Origin: Ylistrum balloti
Taxonomy: Eukaryota
Direction: 5' to 3'
NCBI RefSeq assembly: GCF_031769215.1
Contig: NW_026782001.1
Coordinates: forward strand, 868,001 to 932,000
Length of the DNA stretch: 64,000 nucleotides
How positions within the stretch are numbered: the stretch's first letter is position 1; the number at the start of each line of letters is the position of its first letter. The notes under the pieces were generated by a model, which was not told where the DNA came from, did no database searches, and saw nothing but the letters and a program-made list of their open reading frames with translations. A program made the position numbers and the translations under genes. This document shows, piece by piece, positions 34,501 through 49,388 of this stretch.

Positions 34501-37500
34501 TCATATCATCACTATCAGCGAAATGTTTAAATAGTCACCCACATTGACTGGAACATGATTTGATTACGTTTTAGTACCCATTTGATAATTGTGATGGTCT
34601 CCTGTTCTCTGTTCTCTCTTTTTGTCAAACACTCCTTTCTCTTATTTCTCTGGGTTTTCTTTCTTCCTGGGCTCTCTTTTTTCCTTCTTCTGATACCATA
34701 CACCGTTTACCTTAAATAATAACACCCCTCCGTTGGTACATAGTAGCCACCTACCCCCTCCCTCCCTCCTTCTTCTCCACTATCACAATTTCCTTGCATC
34801 ATCCTGTTAGTGTGAAAACTTGCGATGAGTAATAAAGGTCCTGATTTGATAATAAATATTGATGCATCATGCAAAAATAGAAAAGTAGGGATGATTGTCC
34901 CGTAGGGTGTATAATCTCCCGAGGAATGGCCTGTACAACATTTACATAAAATACCACACTTAATGGATACCCGCGAGATGTCTGCCTTCATTTCTATGGA
35001 AATTGGAATCAGGTGATGTTCTGTAATGATTTTGCAAGGAATGGTTGGAGAAAGAAAGAAAAATTTTCCACTGAATTTATGTGAAATGCAATCTAATGAA
35101 ATAGTATTAACCATGAATAATAACAAATAGCCAGACACGGTGAACTGAAATTACACCAGGTTGCTGTAAATTCTGGGAAAATTTTAAGTCCTATTAATAA
35201 GATTGGTTAGGTGTCCAGAGTAATTCTTATCAAGAACATTTGCCAAATTTATGGAAGATATAGCATCTCATGGAGTCTTATTACGGATTGGGTATCGTGG
35301 GCAGACAATTTCTGGGGAAATAAAACTGGTTTGTTGTTAATTAAAGTGATCCTTTCGGAATTCTAATCTCATTCCATAGCCTGGCCAAGAGTCAAATTTT
35401 CATTATAAACGTAAAATTGGATCATTATTTCCTTAAATTTGGAGACGATGGAATTTTTCAATTTTGCACCATAGCATTCATGTTTCCTAAAGCCTTTAGA
35501 TTTTAGATTTATCAAATATTTACACAGGTTTTTAAACCAACCACATGTTTTTCATTCTAATGTATATCCCATGACTAGTGGCAAAAAAGGCTTCTACGTC
35601 AAAGGCATGCAGTCCATGGTGCAAAGAAAACACTTAGGCACCTTGCCCTACAAAATTAACCCCTAGGGTATCATGACAGATTGAAAGAGAAAACAGTGCC
35701 TCATGTAGCGAAAATATTCCTCCGAGAATCACAAGGAGAAAAGTCAAACACTTGTTGGTGCCATTAGGTGCAAGGTTAGCTAAAATGAGTTCAGTTTTTT
35801 TTTTAACTTGTAGCATTTGGAGACATTATGATACTGAGCGTAAATTTTTCAACAAAATGCGGAGACCATATCTCCATTAGGTTATTGCAGTGAAAGTGTT
35901 ATTGTATTGCATGTGAGTGACTGGTATTTCAAGACAAGGTAGCTAGATTGCTGCAGGACCAGTCACCTTTTCTTGTCACATATTTCTTACTCACTAATAG
36001 GCTTCTGTTGAGAATTCATTTCCAATTCTTGAGAAAATGTAATTAGTTGCTGTTTCTTAAAGCCCACATTATATTGCCATGGAGGAAAATAGCATTACAA
36101 AAGAATAAAATAGCATACAGCAATTTTGTACTCAGTTCAATGAAATACATCAGGCTCTAGTCAGGAGTATTGATGTTTAACAGGAAATTTAAATGAAATG
36201 GGTTTTCAGAAAGGAAACCTTCAATTTAGTCCATTTACATACTTCACATAAAATTGCATGTTTTGTTAAAATGATTTGCTGTGTTACATTACTTTAGAAA
36301 TTGAATTCAAATGTAAATGTTCGCTAATGGCGAGGTTTTATGCCTAAACGACTACCAATACGATTTGGATAAGGTCTTTGAGAGTTCTGAGGAAACTTAG
36401 TAGTGAAAAATGTCTGTGTATCTTTCACTATTAGCTCTGAATGGTCTGAATTTTTAAAATTTTGAATATATTTGTGAGTTTTTTAAATTTCTTATGAGAA
36501 TCGCACAATACAAAGAATGTTTGTGTAAGGTATTGTTAGTTTTGTTCTAGCTGAGGATCTTTGACAATTAGAAAAATAGGAGTTATCTGAATTTAGCTTC
36601 ATGAAGATCATAATGTTCTGACGGTTTGCACTCGGTGACATTTAGCCCTGCTTTATAGTCCCTAAAGGCCTAAAGGGCTGTTTCTTATAGTCAAAGTGTG
36701 CTATCTACCCAAAAGTAAACAAAATCCAAGACCGGGTTCACGATTTTCAGAAAATCTTTCTTTAATTTCTCAATTTATGATGGAACAGACTGCTGTACAA
36801 TTATTAGGAGAAAAAAAACCCACTGTTATTTTATCAAATGAGAAACTTATCTAATGTGTAAAGCCAGGAGGTGGGTCTAATTGAGGACAATCAAGTAAGT
36901 TTTGTTTTTTATTCTACCAAACAGCAAATGGATGAACTTATTACCAAGCATGGGCTTACTGTAGTGTACACAAACTAAAAGTAATTCTGATACCTATAAA
37001 AATCAGGTTAACAGCTGTTTATCAACATAGAAGATGGGTTTTAAGTTCAGTGTGATGGATGGGTTAGGGTTCCTTTGTGTAAGAGGCTTCCTGGACTTGG
37101 AAATTACTTCTGGAAAGACTTCTGTTCTACACTGTAATGGACTGTAAACATTATGTGTTTCTGTGAAGGGATGCTTTGTATTGTTAGTAAATATGGTGAC
37201 AGACAGCCCCGTTATGGCGTTTGGCTAGGAAGGGTCAGTGATAGTTAGAAAAAAGTTTGGATGGGCTGACAGGAAATGGGCTTGACATCAGATTTTTGGA
37301 CTTGTACCTAAACTGCTCATTGATTAGAGATCAAAGTTCTAGAGAAATTCCAGATACTATTCTTTTTCATAGGATTCATTGCCATGGTAAAAGTAATGGT
37401 AGTCTAGTGATTACAGCTGAACCATCATCAATAAGGGAGCTGCCATCTTGTATTATATTCTGTAATTGGCTCCAAGATGAGTGCCAGATGAAGACATCCA

Positions 37501-40432
37501 AGATCCATAGCTTTTAATTAGTCAGTACTAATTGACATTGTCAGCTGGCGAGTCACACTGAGAAGTGTTTCAAAGACATCACCAAAGAACATGAAAAATG
37601 ACCAATCGGATTACAGGGTTCCCTTATGTGTAGAATTCCTAGAGAAACTTTTTTTGAAGATACATGTTCTGAGAGGAGGACAAAGGACGACAAATGTGTC
37701 TGTGTCAGTGATAATGGGTCAAGAAAAAGGCAGATGGTGAAAATGACCCTATTTAAATCCTAAATTGGTGTGGAAAGGATTTATTTTCATTATGGTAATT
37801 ACATTTGGAAATATCGCAAAATATTAAATTAATGGACCACAACTGACAATTTTTGTCCTGAACAATAGGAGAGATGATTTGTTACAATTGTATGGTGACA
37901 GGATGTCATCACCGTCATTGTACCATATAAATAAGACTGTAATCATCTAGCACCTCTTTTCACCTACACTTAACAATCAATTACCACCTTTCATCACATC
38001 AAGTGATGCAGCTTTAAGTTGGAATCAAATGATATTAAACCTCATTTAAGGATGAACGCTATATCTTTCCAGGACAAATGCACCTCCTATCGCAAAAGAG
38101 CTCTGAGTCAATAGCTGTATATGTGAAGAAATCAATATCCAACATAGAACTGTGTGTAAGCTATAACCTGTAATAACACAAAAAGTAACTCTTATCTGAA
38201 AGAACAACACAATCACAGTGAATCTGTTGGTATGAAGGACTTTTTTATCGTGATGATATACATTGTTCATTTCCACCCCAACAAAGGGAGTGTTTCACCA
38301 TCATAATAATTTGAATGTGGTATTTGTGTTAAAAATTATCATAAGAATACTATATATGAGATTTGGCTATTCCGATTCGAATATCATCATTACTTAGTGT
38401 TTAATGTAAATGATATGGAAATAGGTTTTAAAATACCCTGAAAAAATTTGATAAAATTATCAGTTGGGCTGCCTACGTTTATTGAGAGAATTTGAAAAAA
38501 AATATGTGACTGGGATATCTTGGAATTAGGTGATAGAGTTTTCATTATTGGCTGATATTTGTCATTGCCAAGTCATCAGTTTTTACATTATTGAAAATCA
38601 GTGTTGAATTTGTTGAAATGATCGTCACTAATTGTTTTATGATATAACACTGTAATCTTTTGCTTTGCTATCTTTGCTGGTCTTTCTACTATTTCTGTTT
38701 TTATTGTACAATTTCTCAAGCTCAAATGTCACCTTTTTTTTGGCACAGTATGTGTAATTTTACTTTTTTAAGTTCATTTCTTTGAAATTTCCAATTTGCT
38801 GTTTGGGGCATATCTACAGAATATCATAAAATATTCATGTATATTGATTTTCCTCAGATGTAAGTGGTTTATTGGAAAGACTGTTTGTTCTTGACTTTTT
38901 TTATCAAAGACGCCAGTTTGAATTGCATTTTGGTGGAGAGATAGTTAAGTTTATCTCTAGAGGACAGACATATGGAAGAGAGATTTGAAGATTGGTCAGG
39001 GCTGGATGGGTGGGGATAGTCATCCTAGCAAACATTATACTGACAAAGATCTGGAACACCTATAAATCGTACTTGGAGATCTATTTCACACCAGAGCTTG
39101 CTTGAAATCTATAGAACATCTGTTCTTGAAAAACTGTGGAGGATTTCAGCTGAGTGGCTTTACCGTAAAAAATGAAAAGCATTTGAAGAGCGACATCCCA
39201 TGATTTTATATTAAAAATTCATATTTCTGTTATATATACAGGATGCATCTCATTGTCCTGATAGCTTCATAGTTATGATGCAAATTTCAGAGACCATTAA
39301 CTTGAAACCCCAGCCTTTGTTGAGGGGAGGAATTGCTTTTCAATGGGCTACATCAGAAATGTATTCTACTAAAATGTTGATAACATATTAACTATTAATA
39401 TCAAACAACTGATACTGAGAACACAAACCTCCGACATATGAGTCACTTGTTAGCTCCGGAGGTGATACCAGATGATGAAATTTAAATGAGATGTTAGACA
39501 CATGGACGAAAATCACTTCCCTCTAATAAAAAACACAATATTTCATATACAGTCCGAGATATTACCAGACAGATCATAAGAAGATTAATGGAAAGATTAA
39601 AACAGATTCAAATTTATGAAAATATTGATGAAAATTTTTGACATCAGCTTGTATGGAACAACAGGTAATTGAAGGGGGGCCTTTTATAGGGAAGGTGATG
39701 AAAAGGTTGTAATATATGTGAATTATAGGACCTTAGATACTGCAGGAGGGTAATGACTGCATAGAAAACACCTTGTAATGCTGTACCCTCCATGGATCAA
39801 TACATCATCTGACAGCTGTAAAAATGGACTGAGAAAGATATTGGAAGAGTGAGTGAATGCCTTTCAGTTAAATAACAAGTCATAAATTTAATGTAAAACA
39901 GAAGACATTGAGTGTTGGTATTCCAAACTGTTTTTACATTTAGTCATAAATCTGACAAGTAAATCTAATGGAATGCATGGATAAAATGGAGGAAAGCACT
40001 GAAACATTTGGCTTGGATCAGTAGAGATGTTGTTTTTAGAATTAATCATAAATCTGCGATTGATTTTTGCTTGAATTTCAGTAGGATGAACTGTTTTCTT
40101 AGTTGGCATGAATCAGAGTGTGACTTTCAGCTGCTATATATTAACATGGATCCAAATAGCTAGTAATATATTGCTTCCATGGTTACAAGGGAAAGTATTA
40201 TCAGATCTGATCTTCGGGAAAACAGTGGAAAGTTAGGTAGACGTAAACTATACTTGTGTGAGACTTCTGTCAATCAGACCAGTAGTAACTTTTCTACCAA
40301 GAAAAACCATAAAAACCATTTTATACAAAACCTGACAAAAGAGCAGTAATAATTTTGACTAGCATGAGTAAATATGACACCTTGTATAAAAAAACCATTA
40401 GTACACATAGATTAAAAATGGTGATGGAGGTA

Positions 40433-40511
40433 GGACTCTGTCCACTTGGGAAATGATTCATAACCAGGCTCGGGACTCTGTCCACTTGGACAATGATTCA
40501 TAACCAGGCTC
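40433..40511. repeat. 40-bp tandem duplication
   Basis: GGACTCTGTCCACTTGG(GA/AC)AATGATTCATAACCAGGCTC occurs twice. Confidence 0.9.
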
Positions 40512-43500
40512 TTCCTGCAGTACATTTCCATATTTATCAGTAATAAGCCCATGTTGTTGTGTGCCCATCCCTTTCTGGTAACATCTACTTACTGATGTAA
40601 GCTTCGTATGATAATCTTTACTGACATTTCTACAGATTTAATGTGTTATCTTGGTATTGGAAACAGTGAAGTAGCCTTCCAGATATAAGACATTCACCAG
40701 TAGATAAAACGTAATATATCATTTATTTTGTTAAGGTAGTAGGCTCTCATTTAAAACCGCTGGTTCTGATTTTTGAATTATCCTTTTAGAATATTCTAAC
40801 CCTTAATTTTAGTAATATTTAATAAATTGATTTGTAATGTTTATTTTTTCACAGTGACATTAAACTATTGATGTGTTTTAAATGGGTCTCCAGATGTATT
40901 GTTATGATGTGTTGGCAACCCTATGACTTTTGTCAGCCTAGAAATGTTTTTGATATACAACACAAGATTTTACTGGGATCCGTTTTAGCTGATTTATAAC
41001 TTTTAGTTAAACTTATTTCAAGTTAGACTGCCCCCAGGATCTTGAGAGTCACAGAGAGTGGTGATGTTCATAGACAGATTTCCCCAGCAGGGAACGCCCT
41101 CATACAATTCACATTTAATATTGAACAGGTAAAGGACAACACACCTGTATTTATGAAGTCTGGATTATTTTATTTACCTGTTAAATTAGCCAGAGCAACT
41201 ATTTTATATCATATTGGGAGGTATACAAAAGTAGAGTAATTCAGAAAGTTTCAGTACTGTGTTTTTCAATTGTTAAAAGATATGTTACATCTCCTAGTAT
41301 TTTATTGCTGTCTTTAAGGTGGCCTGCAATACTTCTCTACCTGTGCTCTCCTGCCACAAATTTTATGAGGAATTTTCACAATAGGAAATCCTTTGAGAAG
41401 CGATGGAAGCAGAGTGATGAATACGAAATAGCTGTGGTTTATATGTGGACCGGAGTGTGTGTAGCTCTGATCCTCTCCCAGTAATATTTGTCAAAAGTGT
41501 CGCCCTGTAAAAGTTACAGATGAAAGGAACCTCACAGCAGGCAAGGCTAACACCAAACTATAAGGGTTGAATGGGTTCTCTCTATACATAGACACTGTGA
41601 CCACAACAACTCCAATCCTTTAGCTTTAGTACAGTATCTTGTGATCATGAGTTGTACAATATAAAATTGACACATTCTTCACTGTCTCCTATCTAGTACA
41701 TGTGTGAGGGTCAACAGCTCATTACAAGTCTGACACTGTGAGGATTTCTGTCATATCTTTTCTATAGAAAGAAAGAGTCAACTTTAAGAAATATTTGATT
41801 AATTCTGATATCATAAACTGTGATAAAATTAATGATTCTGTGTCTTACAATGAAGTAGAGTTCAGTAAAATTGTGTTGTGAAATAATATGCTGTAATTAC
41901 TTATAGGTCTACAAAGTAGCCATGTACTTGGCTATTGAGCGATACAGTACAGGGCGTTAAACCCTGGAATCTAGAATTGTATAAATGTAGGGGAAATATT
42001 ACTCTCCTATCCAAAAGAACACTTTTTACAGAAAACTCTGACAGTTATCTAACAAAACTCCTGCTTATATCTCCCATAAAATTCTTATTTACATTATATT
42101 ATGCACCCTATAATTTCTAAAAGAAGTACGAAAAGAAGAAAAAAACATTTTTGTGACAGGAAACTTTGACAGTGTCCTTTTGTGCTAATGTTAGCATTGA
42201 AACGTTTTTATGTGTATTTTTTCTAAGGGAACATAAATTTAGTTATAAAGCTTTTATAAGAGTATATATTTGATCGAGTCATGGCAAGATACTGTGCGAG
42301 ATATAAGGTCTGTCTTTGTGTTTAATTTCAGAGAGCACCTGCACATTTGATGATAAAATATTAAAACAGTAGGGATCACTTTTTATTACAGCAACAATAT
42401 GTTAGAGATTTGAGTTGAATTTTTCTGTGGTTTTCAGCATCAAAAGATAGCATGCCTTCAACTCTAGCGAATTTTGTTCTTTGGTCTAGTATGTTGTATC
42501 CGTGTGATATCATAAATCAAGAATATATACTGTTAAGCATGACCTTCATTCTGGATTAAAAATCATATTTTAGTTATCATTTATACAAGGATAAAGTATT
42601 CTCACTTTTTAAGTGCAAATCGAATATAGCAATTTATTTCAACAATTGGAAAATACTATATCAAAATAGAAATTTTATTTAAAAGTCAGTTCAGTCATTC
42701 ACATGCATTTTGTAATGGAATGTGTCACTTTTAGAAGCTTGTGATAATTCCAAGTGTCTGTTTTTAAACTGTTGTTTATTTTCTGGTTAATGAAAGTTCT
42801 ACTTTGTGTCGGTTGGATGAAGTAATGTTAAACAATTTCCATTATTTAGTTTTACTTGGAGAATGAGAAGAAATCTTTCTGCTAGAATGTACATGAGAGA
42901 GTAATACAAATGGCAGACCACAGAGCTATTTTATTATATCAGGTAAGGCATGAGGTACTCGAGTTGACTGAAGTTTTACAGTTCTTCCCCATATACTCAC
43001 ACCATACCTGTCACAAACCTGATGGATGACTGCCAGCTTTTATACAAAGATCAAAACATATACCCTGTGCATAAAGTTGTTGTGTATTAATGGAAGTTGA
43101 GAGTATATTAAACGAGGAGATGTTTGTGTCAATTTTGTTATTACGGTCACTTTTTAATCCCTTCACAACCCAATATTGCGATAGATATGTTAATCTTTCC
43201 TCCCTACATCCCAGTGTTGAAGAGTTCATTTGAGTGAGTTGGCGCTGTTGTATGGCGAGAATGTTTTGTTGCTGTGCAGCGGAAATGTTGTGTGGGGTAA
43301 GATTAGGACAATGACGCGTGTCTACTACGATTGTTGGATGAAGGAGAGATGACAAAGTAATCTGTTTCATAGTAAGATATGAACTTGAGAAAACTTTCAG
43401 ATTTTGGAATTACCAACATCAATTACTGTTGAATTGAAGCATCCATTTTAATTCGTAGTAGTATTTCTATCCATCGTTTGTATAGGTGTAACTTATAACT

Positions 43501-46500
43501 CATTGTTTTTATCAATGTAAACATTGTAGCCAATTCTATGTTACTGTATGGGATTATTTAACAGTATATCAAACTTTGATAAAATGGTTTCTATGGCCAA
43601 ATTAACTTAAAACAACAATATTTAAAGAAAATTGCCTGAAGTGATGAAAGCAATTGCTTGATGGCAGTTATTAATTGTTTTACATAAGATATCCTTTTAT
43701 AATTTAAACTATTTAATAATGATAAGGACAGGGAAGTAAGACTACAAGGACCCTTTTGTACATGTGTATCTTGTGTTGAGGTAGAAACTCGGGGAGCAGA
43801 AAGTCAACTCCAATTGTCTTGTGATATGATGAGCATGCCCATGGGAATGAGGCTGACAGTTTTGATACCAATGCTGTCATACACAATGATGAAAGTTGAT
43901 CCTGCTTGCCCTCCCAACAGCATATGGACCTGCATGTGCATACGAATTGCATGTGGGTTGCAGCGTTGATGATTGATGTGACACAGCTGATGGATGTGAC
44001 ATGGCATGCATGCATGTCATTAAGGAATATTGAAAGACAATGGCTGTCCTTGAGGTAGGCAGGGCATGTCCGGAGAGGAAACCTTGAGTCGTGATTAATT
44101 CATTGATGACATGATGTGCAGACAGGCCTTGAGCGTTACCGATTAATATAAGAGGGCTGACATGCAAACAGTGACTTTGCATGTCATGCAGATGCAGATG
44201 GAAAGGTCGTTGGAAATCACAGGAGAGAAGGAAGCAGATCGACATGTCTGGACATAAGACTTATGGATTCCATAAACATGACTTTCATGTTTACTCATTA
44301 CCGTGTTGTACTGGTTTTACAAAATCAGACAGACAAGATCTTATTCAATGATTTCTATATTGAAGCAATATACAACACACTATCGACAAAAACTATCACA
44401 ATCTACATTGAGAATTGTCTAAATGAAATGAAATTCTGTTCATAACCCCAACCCCATCTTCATAAAAACAAACATCTGACTTCAATTAACATAAAAATTG
44501 AAGTAATTCTAATGAACAATTTCTGTTGTAAGCGAAACTTGTAATGTAATTAATGCTTCATGACAGCTAACATATCTGACAATGAAATATAGCCAAACTG
44601 AAAGCAATTAATAGGTATGGGAGTGAGCAAAGAGGCTGAACTCATGAAGACTTGCATCCAGGCACAGCTGCATGGACAGACTTACAGAACACTACATCAT
44701 TAGTAATCATTGGAACGTTTCACTGACGGGTGCACCATTGTGAAAATGTATTGTGTCAACTGGAGAGGTCTTTTTTACATTCCAGGTATACATTAAGTGC
44801 AGAGGCATAGACAGTAACTGGCAATACTGTACATGTCATAACATGTGGGATTTATCAGGGCTGCTTTGAGGGATGTGCCATGCAGAATCTAGTGTTATCT
44901 GTCACTAGGAGCAGAGATAGGCAGGGTATGTGCATCTACAGCTCTAAACAGATGGCACATTTCACAAAAACACCGTAATTACATTGTAATGGCCTCATTA
45001 GTAAACTGCTGACGAAAATTTACCTCTAATAGGTCACCATAGAAATAAAGGTCATCTGCGAAAGGTGAACTCCTGACTGAAAGGTCACCTAGCAGGTGTT
45101 ACTATGGAAACCTTAGCCCGGTATAGGGGCAAAGAAAAACTGATAGTGAGGTTTGCCACATACCACCATACAGGGATGGACCAACTCTTGACAAAGGCAA
45201 TAAAAATCCTTCAAAATCAAAATAGAACAGTGATACATCTGTCAATAAAAGCTATATTTCTGTACTGGTATGAATTCCAAAGTAGATCTGCCCTGTGATG
45301 AAATTTCAAATAAATCAAATTTCAGATTTTTAAAACTTTGCTGAAGATTAATGTGGAGATTTCCTTTTGAACACTAAGGATACATATGTTAAATAAATTG
45401 GAGGATCTCCCTTTCTGTTAACAGGGTGTACTAAGGCGAAATGAAATAGAAGCACAAACAGAAACAGTTATCACGGAACAGGAAGCAAGGTTTGGGTGTC
45501 AAAAACAGATGTTTCTCTTAACCAGGAAAAAAACTGGGAAAGATTTACATGTCGAGAAGCAGCATTTAGTTTCCTGGGTGGGATTCCTGATAGTTTTTGT
45601 CTGTGAGTTAATTAGGTTTTGAATAAAATGTGTTGATGTACTTTGAGGGGGGAATTCTCTGTGATACCCTACGATAATCAGATATCAGAAAGACAGAGCT
45701 CAGCTGCCACTCATAGGTATGATAAAGATAGACTTCCAACTCCGATAATGTAAGTGAGTGAAGACATTTGTGGACAAAGATCAGCTTCATTCAAACAACA
45801 GAATCTTTTGTTTACATTTAGTAAATATACATGTTGTTTCTGCTGTGTTTGGTGTCTGAATAATTCTTTTTAACGAATCATTTTTATTTTATATAAATTA
45901 TCTCAGGATTGGAAGTAATGCCTTCCCCATATTTTTTGACAGTATATCAGTAATTCTAGGTCTGTGGTAATGATTTTAATCTTTTTCCTATTGGTTTTTG
46001 CTATATAGTGCTTTCTGAATGCTTTCTTTTTGTTTTTTGAAAATTGTGTCTTTCTAATTTTTTAAAGAAAATCCTGCCTATCATGATGGCATTTCTTTAG
46101 TTGTTTCAGGATTAGTCCTATCTATTCCTTCTGTTGAGGTTACACTCATGCTTCCTTGTAATCTGTATTGAATCTCATATATTTTTGGTTGATTAAGGGT
46201 ATTTATCACGAGAAGTGATAAGAGAAGTTAGATAAGATATTTCAGGTGACTAGTTATTGACAAAATGAAGAAAGTTGTAAAGTTTAGCAGCACTAGTAAG
46301 ATAAGTCTATTACCAGTACAGAATCACTTCAGATCCTTTACACTGGACACAATAATAACAAAACATTAAATAAATCAATTAAGACAACAGTTCCAATTTT
46401 TATTTAATTTCAGACTTATATAAAAGTTCTTAATCTTCATAATGCTTATTAATTTTGAAAGATTTTGCTGTCGGTGCCGAGGTTACTCATTCTAGAAGGT

Positions 46501-48397
46501 TGGTCCTGATAGTTTACAATGCTTTGGAAATAAATGAAAGACCTCTTGTCCCTTGTCTTTGGACCATGTTTTGTTAATCAAGAAAGTCATTGCTTGTCAT
46601 AGGAATCATGTAAAGCAACATTTTTTTCTGGTTGTAAAGTTGTTACATTTACGCTATTAAGCCATTTAAATAGAATCAGGTTCTAGTGGGGTTTTTTTGG
46701 TACATCATCTGTAGCCTTTATCTTATTGGTGTCATTGTATAACAGGGAAGGCGTCTTTTCTGTAATTTACTGTAAATGACTTTAACTGTTTATGGTCTCT
46801 GTTGAGTACAGATTTTATTACGGTCCAATGAACACTAAACTTTTATTGTCAATGGTCGACCAGGTTTATTGTTTAAATTGAATATAGCTGTTATATGAAG
46901 TGATTTTATCGACACTACAAGTCTTTTGAAAGATACAATCTACACATACTTCTAGCTTGTGAATTGTAGCGACAGAGGTTTAGATTGGAATGTACTGGCC
47001 ACATTAGTTTTCCCTATAGGCAGTAGGATTTCTCTGTGTAGCCGATCATCCTAAAATCTTATACCAATACCTATGTTTAGACGTTTACAGAGGGCATTTG
47101 GGAAATCAAACATAGGGGTAGCAAAAGTTTCAATTACTATCGCAAAAATAAATTTCTGAGGATTTAATTTGAAAAAAACTTCTGTTGTCGCTGTGAATTT
47201 TATAGTCATGGAGTGCTTGCTTCTCTGTTGTTTGGAATTGAATTTCAAAAAAACTTTAAATTTCACAAGGATTTTGAACATCCAGTATTTTTATATACAC
47301 TGACTAGATACAATCAGTTTGTACAAATAAATATTGTTTTATTTTGATTTTAAATAGAAACCTCAGTGCTTGCTTCTCTGTTGTTTGGAATTGAATTTCA
47401 AAAAAATCTTTAAATTTGCACAAGGATTTTGAAAACATTCGATATTTTGTTTGTTATTTACAGTATTTTAAACATCATTCTCTCATATCGTTGAGCTCTT
47501 AATTCTTGGGGAATTTTACCCCCAATTCATAATAATAGAATATTCCCAATTTGTTTCAGCTTCTCTCATATCGTTGAGGGTTTGTTTGTTATTTACAGTA
47601 TTTTAAAATCATTTTCCCGATTCAGAATTTGTAATTTATAAATGATGTGTGCCAGTTTTCTACACTATAAAGGTTCCATTATATAAACTAGGTTTTCTCA
47701 CTTTGAGAGAAGGGTTTCTCATACCTCTAAACCTATACTTATTGTAATTATCTGCAATTTCATTGTAGTTGTGTACGAATTTACTGTTTTGACTACAGTT
47801 CCCATATTTGTTGTGAAATTCTTATACAAATGAATACAGGCACTAATTTCTGTTTGCTGTAGAGTGTTGTCTGTAAAGGTCTTTGATTGTATATTGAATA
47901 TATGATAATGTTAATTATAAGTAGGATATTGAGATTGTCCAAGAGCCAACAGGAAGTGTGGAACACCTGCACAGACAAAAGACTATAAGCTGCATAAACA
48001 AGGACAATAGAACTAGGTGTATGTACTAGACTAGCGATACAATACTTATAGTATGACAAAATATAATGTTAGATCAAACATATAATATCATGCAAAGATA
48101 TACAAAAATATGGCAACTTGTATTTAGGATCACAATTTTAACTTTAGTCATTTAAGATCATTTCTGTGTGTAGTTTGGAGGGACACTGGTGAGGTCCCCC
48201 ATACCTTTTCAGGTCCCATGGGGGAATTGTCATCATCTAGGTGTAAGAACTTGGGAGCAAAACATCCAACAACAAAGACCCCCACCGCATCTCCCTAAAT
48301 TTATTTAATGAACTTTAATGTTCGTAAGAAATGACATAATGATATTGATTATTATTCTAAATGTATTGAGAATTATGTAGATATCATCTCATCAGAA

Positions 48398-48757
48398 TGT
48401 ATAGTCTGAATATCTGTGTAAGGTACAGTGAAAGGTGTGTATAGTCTGAATATCTGTGTAAGGTACAGTGAAAGGTGTGTATAGTCTGAATATCTGTGTA
48501 AGGTACAGTGAAAGGTGTGTATAGTCTGAATATCTGTGTAAGGTACAGTGAAAGGTGTGTATAGTCTGAATATCTGTGTAAGGTACAGTGAAAGGTGTGT
48601 ATAGTCTGAATATCTGTGTAAGGTACAGTGAAAGGTGTGTATAGTCTGAATATCTGTGTAAGGTACAGTGAAAGGTGTGTATAGTCTGAATATCTGTGTA
48701 AGGTACAGTGAAAGGTGTGTATAATCTGAATATCTGTGTAAGGTACAGTGAAAGGTG
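48398..48757. repeat. 40-bp minisatellite, 9 near-perfect copies
   Basis: Unit TGTATAGTCTGAATATCTGTGTAAGGTACAGTGAAAGGTG; a single substitution in the last copy. Confidence 0.97.
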
Positions 48758-48920
48758 GATTGTTACCTTAACAGATTTAATTCCTGGAAATTGTACAAAT
48801 GTACATGAGCATTATCTTTAGGTAAAAACAACATGCACTGACTTATCAAAATCTAATAAATGTACAAGGATTGACTGCCATAGACTGACTGCCATCATTA
48901 GAACTGGACCGACTGCAATT

Positions 48921-49186
48921 TGAGATCTAATAAATGTATGTGGGAAGACCTTCACCTTGAGATCTAACAAACATACATAGGACGACCTTCACCTTGCGAT
49001 CAACAAACATACATGGACAACCTCCACCTTGAGCTCTAACAAACATACATGGGAGGACCTTCACCTTGAGTTCTAACAAACATACATGGGGCAACCTTCA
49101 CCTTGAGATCTAACAAACATACATGGGATGACCTTCACCTTGATATCTAACAAACATACCTTGGACGACCACCATCTTGAGATCTA
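48921..49186. repeat. 37-bp minisatellite, ~7 diverged copies
   Basis: Unit TGAGATCTAACAAACATACATGGGACGACCTTCACCT. Confidence 0.9.
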
Positions 49187-49239
49187 GATTCAGATCTTTC
49201 AAAATAAGTTTTCTTCCATTTGATACTAATACTTGATGG

Positions 49240-49388
49240 CAAGTGTTGTGAAGGGTCTTACTGTGGGAGGAAACTGAAAATCCCGGGGAAACCCAGGTTG
49301 TTCAGCAAGTGACCACACCTGTCGTTTGTGGAATCAAACCTGGGATGCCTTGGTGAAAGGCAAGTGCATTACCACTGTGCCACCGGTG
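49240..49388 (-). mobile_element. tRNA-derived SINE
   Basis: On the minus strand: A box TGGCACAGTGG, B box GGTTTGATTCC, then GGGTTTCCCCGGGATTTTCAGTTTCCTCCCAC, resembling the widespread SINE core GGGTTTTCTCCGGGTACTCCGGTTTCCTCCCAC. Confidence 0.8.

Noticed and set aside
34707-35138. 143-aa ORF as LTR-retrotransposon gag/protease
   Set aside because: Cys/His spacing does not fit CX2CX4HX4C, and no protease, RT, integrase core or LTRs could be supported.
43011-43370. 119-aa minus-strand ORF with a short Gln-rich patch
   Set aside because: No recognisable domain, weak acceptor, and a stop just before the donor-like site; it cannot be joined to fj.
43713-44245. Three overlapping His-rich ORFs
   Set aside because: By-product of CAT/ATG/TGC enrichment; no family motif.
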